Positions 47,957 to 54,170 of a stretch of 54,170 nt of DNA are shown one piece after another (positions within the stretch are counted from its first letter, which is position 1; every line of letters begins with the position of its first letter). The notes beneath the pieces were generated by a model, which searched no databases, had not been told where the DNA came from, and saw only the letters and a list, made by a program, of their open reading frames with translations. This stretch comes from a virus (lineage: Duplodnaviria; Caudoviricetes). Where the stretch lies: positions 1 through 54,170 of the IMG/VR virus record IMGVR_UViG_3300030109_000164. One strand, written 5' to 3'. The translations under genes were made by a program, and so were the position numbers.

Positions 47957-47983
47957 TAGCACCCTCCTAAAAGTTTACAATTA

Positions 47984-48012
47984 AATATACATACAAACAA
48001 GTATATGTGCAA
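47984..48012 (-). promoter_or_regulatory. Sigma70-like promoter for the head operon
   Basis: TTGCAC-N17-TATATT on the - strand, between the terL terminator and the next gene. Confidence 0.55.
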
Positions 48013-48030
48013 GTTTTTAAATTGCAAGGA

Positions 48031-48067
48031 AAACCCACCTGCCGAATGGAGAAGAGCAGATGGGTTT
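48031..48067 (-). terminator. Stem-loop after terL
   Basis: AAACCCATCTGC-(13 nt)-GCAGGTGGGTTT followed by T. Confidence 0.55.
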
Positions 48068-48107
48068 AGAGGTAACATAGTTAGTAGGTAACTATAAAAC
48101 AATTGTA

Positions 48108-49487
48108 TCAAGTCCAGCCTCCTGCTGCAACCTTTTTTATTTCACGCCTTTGTATAACAAATCCCCCTTCACCTGCAATACCAACGTGTAACATAAAATA
48201 CTGTAATGCTTCTGCTACATGAGAGTGTTTGTTTTTATCAACATTACCATTCTTATAATGAAATCTATATCCTCCCATCATTGCTGCTTTAAGCTGTGTA
48301 CATCTAGGGTCAACTAAAAAAGCTGAATCACCGTCAACTTGTCTCATAAGAAAGTCATCTACAGCAGACAGTCTTGCAGATACATTGTTAGTTTTAGCAG
48401 GAAGCACTTTAAAACCTTCTGCTTTAATTATATCTACTGCAGACCTTTCATCAGTCTGTGCTCTTTGCACTCCTGCTGGATCAGTAACAATTAAAACTGG
48501 TGCGCCCGCGAACCTTTCGGTCAGCAACGGGCGCAGAATGGTGCGGATAAATCTTTGTATTCCCATATCAAAGCTAACAGCTTCGTCAAGAATTAAGACT
48601 CGCCCGCGAGGGTCTTGTTGTCCTATAACAGCAGCTGGTGTTAAACCTAAGTCTATCCCAACTACAACTGGTCGTACTCCATTTATAATAGGTTTTAATT
48701 TTTCATTAGCCATATGATAGTCTGGTCTAAAGTATTTATATACAGGCTGACCTGCAGAACTCATTCCATATTCGCCATCTATATATACACGAATATATTC
48801 GTCTGACCTACCTTGCGTATCATAATAACCTTCGGGTAAGTTATCTACATTTTCTGCCAAGGAGCTTCTACCCGAAGGTTGTTTGAATACATCCCATCCA
48901 TTATCATTAAGACTTACACCATCTGAAATGTCTAAACCTTCCATTTGGTAGTACCACCATGTATCCATTGTAGGAGGGTTAGTGTCCCCCCACATTCCAA
49001 ACCATGAAGGGCCACCATCTTTAGATGATGGAAATCGCCCTATACGTTTTGACATAGCGTCAACAATATCAGGATTAATATCCCTACACTCGTTGAACCA
49101 TGCAAACGTTAATTCTAATGAGTTCAAGTTTGCTACATCGTCAGAGTCATCAAGAGCACGAAACATAATCTCACACTCTACATCTCCGACTTTAAAAAAA
49201 TAAGTTTTAGTAGTACGCATATAGTCTCCACATATTCCAGGTGGAAACCAATCGTGAAAAGTTTTAATTGTTGTATCCTGTAACTGTCTAGCAGTTTCAC
49301 GAACAATAGCTACTCGTGATTTGCGGATACCTTGTTTATTTGGTTTCTGAGTTGATGCTCGTCTAATAACTTCGAAACAACTAGCTACTGATTTACCAGA
49401 GCCAACTGGCCCCATAAGCACACGCATCTTTGCATTTGACATCATAAAGTTCTTACAAGTTTGAGATGGTGTGTAATCTATATCCAT
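48108..49487 (-). CDS. terL: Terminase large subunit
   Basis: Walker A GPVGSGKS, Walker B AWFNE, DTNPP, nuclease GIDLG, DPAG, HVAEALQY. Confidence 0.92.
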   Translation of the reverse strand: MDIDYTPSQTCKNFMMSNAKMRVLMGPVGSGKSVASCFEVIRRASTQKPNKQGIRKSRVAIVRETARQLQDTTIKTFHDWFPPGICGDYMRTTKTYFFKVGDVECEIMFRALDDSDDVANLNSLELTFAWFNECRDINPDIVDAMSKRIGRFPSSKDGGPSWFGMWGDTNPPTMDTWWYYQMEGLDISDGVSLNDNGWDVFKQPSGRSSLAENVDNLPEGYYDTQGRSDEYIRVYIDGEYGMSSAGQPVYKYFRPDYHMANEKLKPIINGVRPVVVGIDLGLTPAAVIGQQDPRGRVLILDEAVSFDMGIQRFIRTILRPLLTERFAGAPVLIVTDPAGVQRAQTDERSAVDIIKAEGFKVLPAKTNNVSARLSAVDDFLMRQVDGDSAFLVDPRCTQLKAAMMGGYRFHYKNGNVDKNKHSHVAEALQYFMLHVGIAGEGGFVIQRREIKKVAAGGWT

Positions 49488-49556
49488 TTATATAATACCT
49501 GCATTATGCAAACCTATAATAGTCTGTATAATTGTATATGCTATAATAAGTTCCAT
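49488..49556 (-). CDS. Candidate 22-aa hydrophobic microprotein
   Basis: MELIIAYTIIQTIIGLHNAGII; TAATG-coupled upstream, stop abuts the terL ATG. Confidence 0.4.
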   Translation of the reverse strand: MELIIAYTIIQTIIGLHNAGII

Positions 49557-49696
49557 TATGTTTCTTTCTTCTTCTTTTTCTTTATTGAGTATTTTAAATC
49601 TTTATCTCGTATTCTGCAAAAGAAAAAATCATGTAGCTCATCTAAACTAGGTTTACGATTAGCTTCTAATTTTATTGTTATTTCATATATTTTCAT
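49556..49696 (-). CDS. Hypothetical protein (46 aa)
   Basis: MKIYEITIKLEANRKPSLDELHDFFF...; start 1 nt after the upstream stop. Confidence 0.5.
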   Translation of the reverse strand: MKIYEITIKLEANRKPSLDELHDFFFCRIRDKDLKYSIKKKKKKET

Positions 49697-49697
49697 C

Positions 49698-50081
49698 TTA
49701 CCCCCAAAATCCTTGATAGCTTGATTCATCAACCCAACCCATATCTCCACAATGTTTACACCAAGAAATATCCACAAGCTTAGCACCGCATCTGTCGCAG
49801 TTTCCGTAATCTGTCCTCAAGTTATCCACAAGTAGTATGTAGTACATTGTGAATGGTTTTCTTAAAATTTTTGTTTTGTATGGTATTTCTAATCTGGCAA
49901 GTTCTGTTGTTATTATATCATGCTCTGCTATATCAGTTAGCTTACATGCTTTTGTACCTTCGTAAAACGTATTGAACTTATTAAGAATTACTAATGGCGG
50001 TTTTTTCGTTGTCGGGTTCTGCGTCAATGATAGTTGCTCGGTGTTCTTGGTCTCCGAGGTTAATTGTAATTTTAACTCCAC
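49698..50081 (-). CDS. Hypothetical protein with C-terminal CxxC..CxxC (start uncertain; overlaps terS)
   Basis: CDRC...CKHC zinc ribbon; the true start is probably downstream of 50081. Confidence 0.55.
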   Translation of the reverse strand: MELKLQLTSETKNTEQLSLTQNPTTKKPPLVILNKFNTFYEGTKACKLTDIAEHDIITTELARLEIPYKTKILRKPFTMYYILLVDNLRTDYGNCDRCGAKLVDISWCKHCGDMGWVDESSYQGFWG

Positions 50082-50457
50082 CTGATCCTCCTTCCGTTAA
50101 GACATCATTCTTTGGTTCAAGTCCACCCCACTTAACTGTTGATTTAATAAGGTCTGCCTTTACTGCAGCTGATACATCAGGACTGTGTATTAAAGTCCAA
50201 GAAGTTGTCAGGAGTTCTTCTGCTTGTGCCCGGGCCTTAACTTTGAATGTCATTCCCTTATCACGGATTTCATTCCTGTAAGACTCAACCTTCTTTAAAA
50301 AAACCTGATCCTTATTATAAGTGATTATATCTTCCGCTTTGATTTTGTGTCTTTCAATAACTTCATCTAAAGATTCACCGCTGCCCTCTAACATAAGAGC
50401 AACATCAAAAGCTAAACGGTCAGACCACTTAGTATGTTTCAATGGTAACGTGTCCAT
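49981..50457 (-). CDS. Terminase small subunit (putative)
   Basis: First late-strand gene upstream of terL; helical, with C-terminal GGVKITINLG. Confidence 0.65.
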   Translation of the reverse strand: MDTLPLKHTKWSDRLAFDVALMLEGSGESLDEVIERHKIKAEDIITYNKDQVFLKKVESYRNEIRDKGMTFKVKARAQAEELLTTSWTLIHSPDVSAAVKADLIKSTVKWGGLEPKNDVLTEGGSGGVKITINLGDQEHRATIIDAEPDNEKTAISNS

Positions 50458-50463
50458 AAAGTC

Positions 50464-50491
50464 ATCATACGCAAAACTAAAGCTATGTCAA
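50464..50491 (-). promoter_or_regulatory. Promoter for terS, probably leaderless
   Basis: TTGACA-N16-TATGAT ending 6 nt before the ATG; no SD. Confidence 0.55.
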
Positions 50492-50653
50492 GCAGTAAAC
50501 TTTACACCTCTGTTTTTTGGGTCTTGTTATATGAGGTTTACTTATATGGGGGGGTGGCTCGCGTACGCAGTCCAAGTGCCCCCCCTTTTGCCCTATTTAT
50601 TGTCTTGTTTGGTGCTTTGGTTATCGTACTCCAGAAAGCCTAGTTTTCAGCTT

Positions 50654-50685
50654 AACTTGACAAGTATGTAAAGTTTTGATAGTGT
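50654..50685 (+). promoter_or_regulatory. Early promoter with palindromic operator
   Basis: TTGACA-N17-TAGTGT with TGn extension; AACTTGACA-agta-TGTAAAGTT inverted repeat. Confidence 0.65.
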
Positions 50686-50760
50686 TTAATCATCAGCGAA
50701 ATTGTTGATTGGCTTAACGAAGTAACTAGCCACTACTTCACATTTGAAAGGAATGACTTT

Positions 50761-51117
50761 ATGTCAAAACTTTTTAAAGGAAATGTATCTATCGTTGACG
50801 GTAAACGCAAAGATGGTACTCTGGACATCCGCCTTGAAGGTGATGCCAATGGAGCTTTCAACTCAGAAAATGCTTCTGATTTGTTAGTTAAAGCAATCGA
50901 ATTAAGCAAAGCTGAAAAGCTACCGCTTAATACTTGGCACTTTTATGTACCGCCAGAAAAGCGTGTCATAAAAGCTTCTGACTTGAAGCTAGTTGCTGAC
51001 GGCAAATACAATGCCGTACTGCAGGCTGACTTCTATGGTAAGCCAAAGATTAATCTTTTACCACCACAAGCTGGTAAAACTTCTTCTAACGGCTGGAAGA
51101 AACGCAAACTTGCGTAA
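50761..51117 (+). CDS. Early protein, paralogue A
   Basis: 118 aa with SD AAAGGA; visibly similar to 51988..52296. Confidence 0.8.
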   Translation: MSKLFKGNVSIVDGKRKDGTLDIRLEGDANGAFNSENASDLLVKAIELSKAEKLPLNTWHFYVPPEKRVIKASDLKLVADGKYNAVLQADFYGKPKINLLPPQAGKTSSNGWKKRKLA

Positions 51118-51126
51118 CCATCAATC

Positions 51127-51148
51127 GAGTGGAGCTTCGGCTCCACTC
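51127..51148 (+). promoter_or_regulatory. cUUCGg hairpin after paralogue A
   Basis: GAGTGGAGC-TTCG-GCTCCACTC; no U-tract. Confidence 0.7.
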
Positions 51149-51169
51149 ATAACTAAAAAGGATTTAACT

Positions 51170-51367
51170 ATGATGAAAACAATTGGAACAATACTTATTC
51201 TCTTAGGCTTGATTGGTGCAAGCGGATCAGCTGGAGACTGTGACGGACATTGTATGGAGTATGCTAATGACTTAAATACATTCGTATTCTTATTAAGTAT
51301 ATCATTATTAGCTATGGCACTTGGTGCATACATGATATATCTAGACCATAAGTATAACAGCAGATAA
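51170..51367 (+). CDS. Small 2-TM membrane protein
   Basis: SD AAAGGA; two hydrophobic helices around a GDCDGHCME loop; start set at ATG 51170. Confidence 0.7.
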   Translation: MMKTIGTILILLGLIGASGSAGDCDGHCMEYANDLNTFVFLLSISLLAMALGAYMIYLDHKYNSR

Positions 51368-51372
51368 AGATT

Positions 51373-51397
51373 AGGGCTTCGGCCCTTTTCTTTTTTT
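51373..51397 (+). terminator. Rho-independent terminator
   Basis: AGGGC-TTCG-GCCCT followed by TTTCTTTTTTT. Confidence 0.85.
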
Positions 51398-51492
51398 ATT
51401 TTTTAAATTTTATATATATCCCATAGCTCGGGGGGTTATCGTACTGCGTTACAAAGCGAGATAATGTCAGCGTTACTATGTAAAGTTACAAC

Positions 51493-51833
51493 TATCTAAC
51501 TATCTAAACGTAACTATACACAAGTTGTAGTGTTTTAGATACCTAAAGTTTACATTGTTTGTACCATACAGCGTTGATTTCTCTGGGTTATAGTAATATG
51601 GTAAGCGAAATACTATCTAAACTATCTAAATTATCTACTAAATTAACATATACCCTTTGTCTGCAAGATAATACTAGCGATATATCAATAGCGAGAGTAA
51701 CATAACATTACTTAAAACCACCTAGATAGTTTAGATAGTAAGTTGTAACCTGTTGTTTTAACAGAAGTTATAACTAGTTAGGTAAATTATCTAACACCTA
51801 ACATTACACATATAACTTGTTACAACTTAGATA
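51493..51833. repeat. Iteron-like TATCTA/TAGATA array; putative replication origin
   Basis: Ten copies in a non-coding AT-rich gap; perfect 18-bp inverted repeat 51611-51628/51723-51740. Confidence 0.65.
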
Positions 51834-51874
51834 AATTACTAACGTGTCTTCTAGTATTAATAACTTGCCCAAAC

Positions 51875-51903
51875 TTTACAGCACAAAATTTTTGTGATAA
51901 CTT
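51875..51903 (+). promoter_or_regulatory. Early promoter for the paralogue B operon
   Basis: TTTACA-N17-TAACTT with TGn; two AACTTTACA boxes; 5' hairpin at 51907-51948. Confidence 0.5.
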
Positions 51904-51987
51904 TACAAAATCGGCAGGAAATTTTTTGAGTTTCTTGATGTCGGTTTTATTAACAACCTATGAATTAACATAACAAGGAGGTTTATT

Positions 51988-52296
51988 ATGGGTAAATTAT
52001 ATGAAGGTAATGTAGAAGTATATTGCAACCACGAAACTAAGAAGGTTAATCTAAGAGCCAATCCAAAGGGAGCATTCAACAAGGAGAATGTATCTGAGTT
52101 GTATAAGACAATGAAGAAACACGCTGATAAGCTAGGGTATACTATGGTTATGTATATACCAGATGCTAGTAAAGCTGAAGTACCATTGCTACTAGCAAGT
52201 TACAGATTTGGTGGTAAACCTTACTTAGCGATGTTGGATAAGAAAGATGGTAACTCTACTGTTGCTAAGAAGTCTAACATTGAAGTGTTGGCTTAA
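51988..52296 (+). CDS. Early protein, paralogue B
   Basis: 102 aa with SD AAGGAGGT; similar to 50761..51117. Confidence 0.8.
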   Translation: MGKLYEGNVEVYCNHETKKVNLRANPKGAFNKENVSELYKTMKKHADKLGYTMVMYIPDASKAEVPLLLASYRFGGKPYLAMLDKKDGNSTVAKKSNIEVLA

Positions 52297-52312
52297 CACT
52301 TTGTTCAATCAT

Positions 52313-52348
52313 ACCCAGAGTAGTAGCATAGCCTACGCTACTCTGGGT
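52313..52348 (+). promoter_or_regulatory. Stem-loop after paralogue B
   Basis: Perfect 11-bp stem ACCCAGAGTAG/CTACTCTGGGT. Confidence 0.65.
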
Positions 52349-52355
52349 TCTAACT

Positions 52356-52562
52356 ATGGAGATTATTATGCAAGAAGTTTATTTAGGTACTACCCAGAGT
52401 GGGAAGTGTGGTTACTTTACTGACGGATTCCTAGCCTTGAGTATTCCAGACAGAGCATTCAAGACTTGGTCTACTGAGGAGCATAGAGAGTATTGTAAGA
52501 GGTTCAATTTCAAGTATGTTACTAGGGATTATACTAGTTGGATACAATCTTATGACTGCTAA
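52356..52562 (+). CDS. Hypothetical early protein (start may be 52368)
   Basis: 68-aa ORF; GGAG precedes the second ATG. Confidence 0.55.
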   Translation: MEIIMQEVYLGTTQSGKCGYFTDGFLALSIPDRAFKTWSTEEHREYCKRFNFKYVTRDYTSWIQSYDC

Positions 52563-52764
52563 GTATCTATGTACAGTCTGTTGTAATGAGTGGGTTAATC
52601 CTGCTCGTTACAATCTTGGTTACAATACTTGTTTGAAATGTGGGGAGGTCTCGGCAGGTAAGCGTAAGTTTACAGTAGTACCTATGCACAAGTCGAACTA
52701 TGTTGTAGTATCTAACAAGGAAGAACTCAAAGGAATCAATAACAAGGGAGGTAAGTATGGATAA
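52552..52764 (+). CDS. C4 zinc-finger protein (TraR/DksA-like cysteine spacing)
   Basis: CTVC...RYNLGYNTCLKCG...VPMHKSNY; start set at ATG 52552. Confidence 0.6.
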   Translation: MTAKYLCTVCCNEWVNPARYNLGYNTCLKCGEVSAGKRKFTVVPMHKSNYVVVSNKEELKGINNKGGKYG

Positions 52765-52858
52765 GAGTTTGTTCTGGTGGGTAGTTTATGGTGGTATAGT
52801 TAGTGCTATTGTATCGCTACTAGATATGTACTTTGAATGGGGTATATTCCCAATGTAA
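52757..52858 (+). CDS. 33-aa single-TM microprotein
   Basis: SD GGGAGGT; MDKSLFWWVVYGGIVSAIVSLLDMYFEWGIFPM. Confidence 0.6.
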   Translation: MDKSLFWWVVYGGIVSAIVSLLDMYFEWGIFPM

Positions 52859-52883
52859 TTAACATAACACGAAAGGTTATCGA

Positions 52884-53081
52884 ATGATAGAAAACTTATA
52901 CGAAGTAAGCAGAGTATTATCCAAGCTAGATAGAGCATATAATATGGCAGAGGATAAGAGGTTTAAGAAACTATGGCTAGGTAAGTGGAATGAATATGCA
53001 AAGAAGAATGCAAGTAAACATTTCAAGCCTAGAGATTTTGAATACGAATACTTTTTAGAGAGAGGAGGTAACGATGACTAA
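52884..53081 (+). CDS. Hypothetical early protein
   Basis: 65 aa with SD AAAGGT. Confidence 0.6.
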   Translation: MIENLYEVSRVLSKLDRAYNMAEDKRFKKLWLGKWNEYAKKNASKHFKPRDFEYEYFLERGGNDD

Positions 53082-53262
53082 GAATACTTTGAAACTATTT
53101 ATGCTACGACAGCATCAAGGTGGAGTACCAGTAAGAGATGAGAAGGGCGACATCATCTATTACTCAGACAAGAAGGTTGCTAAGAAGGATAGGGTAGGCA
53201 ATCAAGTCGTATCCTATGGTATAGACCATCGCAAATATACAAACAGAAAGGAAGGTGCGTAA
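53074..53262 (+). CDS. Hypothetical early protein
   Basis: 62 aa with SD GGAGGT; TAATG coupling to the AAA gene. Confidence 0.65.
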   Translation: MTKNTLKLFMLRQHQGGVPVRDEKGDIIYYSDKKVAKKDRVGNQVVSYGIDHRKYTNRKEGA

Positions 53263-54170
53263 TGCGAGCCACATTATTGAAAGAGACTATTAAGAAACTA
53301 TTCCCTACCAAGAGGACAATATCTATCGAGGGTAGTCCAGGGGGTGGTAAGACTACCATTGTACAACAAGTTGCTAAAGAACTTGGGATTGGGTACATCG
53401 AAAAACATATGCCGACTATGTTGGTAGAAGACTTCGGTATTCTCTATCCGAATGGTGACGAGATGTTACACTACAAACTACCTGATTGGTTTCCATCGGA
53501 GGATAGAACAGACATAGCTGATGAAGGTATACTGTGCTTTGATGACAGAAACCAAGCCAACGCAGACTTGCAGAAGGTACTAGCAAACATCTGTCAAGCT
53601 AGGAATCTACACGGCAAGACTCTGAAGAAAGGTTGGATGGTAGTATCCACTGGTAACAGACAGTCGGACAGAGCAGGTGCTAACAGAGTGCTATCTCATC
53701 TGCGTAATCGTGAGACTGTGTATGAACTTGAGACACACCTAGATGATTGGACTAGTTGGGCAATCGACAATGGAGTGAAACCTGTTGTCATATCATTCAT
53801 TAGGTTTCGTTCTGGATTGTTACACGACTTCGACCCACAGAGAGATGTGAACCCATCTCCTCGTAGTTGGGTAGAGGGTGTGTCTGATACCATTGGTGTT
53901 GTACCATCGGAGGCAGAGTACGAAACATTCAAGGGTGCTGTTGGTGAAGGGTGTGCCGCTGAGTTTACAGGCTTTCTAAAGATTGAGAGGAAGTTGCCTA
54001 ACCCTGACACAATCATTCAACGACCAATGGATGTAGCTGTACCTGATGACCCTGCCACTTGCTATGCACTTACTGGTGCATTGGGTGATAGGGCAACCAC
54101 TGAAAACTTTGGGAATATCGTGAAGTTTGCAGAGAGAATGTCGCCTGAGTTTTCTGTGTTGTGTGTATCG
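53262..54170 (+). CDS. MoxR-like AAA+ ATPase (continues into 1..119)
   Basis: My translation: MRATLLKETI...EGSPGGGKTT (Walker A), ILCFDD (Walker B), STGNRQSDRAGA, LRNR, PSPRSW; open to the window end. Confidence 0.88.
   Translation, partial: MRATLLKETIKKLFPTKRTISIEGSPGGGKTTIVQQVAKELGIGYIEKHMPTMLVEDFGILYPNGDEMLHYKLPDWFPSEDRTDIADEGILCFDDRNQANADLQKVLANICQARNLHGKTLKKGWMVVSTGNRQSDRAGANRVLSHLRNRETVYELETHLDDWTSWAIDNGVKPVVISFIRFRSGLLHDFDPQRDVNPSPRSWVEGVSDTIGVVPSEAEYETFKGAVGEGCAAEFTGFLKIERKLPNPDTIIQRPMDVAVPDDPATCYALTGALGDRATTENFGNIVKFAERMSPEFSVLCVS

Noticed and set aside
48385-48717. 110-aa antisense ORF over the GC-rich terL patch
   Set aside because: Codon-aligned antisense shadow; the hairpin explains the composition better.
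51493-51833. Possible CRISPR or mini-array
   Set aside because: Repeats are only 6-18 bp, in both orientations and irregularly spaced. The Cas4-like gene is a common stand-alone phage nuclease.

Overview
This window appears to be an essentially complete ~54.1 kb AT-rich tailed-phage genome with a podovirus-like gene set. Its two ends overlap by 35 nt (33/35 identical) inside an AAA ATPase gene, so it circularises. The + strand arm (50761 to the end, then 1..14803) holds early and replication genes: two small paralogues flanking an iteron-like region, an AAA ATPase, a vWA-metallopeptidase, an Ntn-protease-like protein, family A DNA polymerase, Cas4-like nuclease, VRR-NUC, SNF2-like helicase, SSBs, an HTH protein and a primase/DUF927 helicase. 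The - strand arm (50457 down to 14812) holds terminases, portal, scaffold, capsid, adaptors, tail fibres, GH108 lysis genes and internal virion proteins, including a 2850-aa giant. I found no integrase, RNA polymerase, RNR or CRISPR array. Most notable: (i) an 80-aa basic gene with its own SD nested in the +1 frame of the giant virion gene, and a second candidate 71-aa basic gene nested in the +1 frame of the portal; (ii) a promoter-proximal ~167-nt tRNA-shaped RNA with a long insert replacing the D-arm; (iii) twin promoter-paralogue-hairpin units around a TATCTA repeat field with a shared operator-like motif; (iv) region-specific GATC and GGWCC avoidance. Family assignments come from motif recognition and recall, not database searches.
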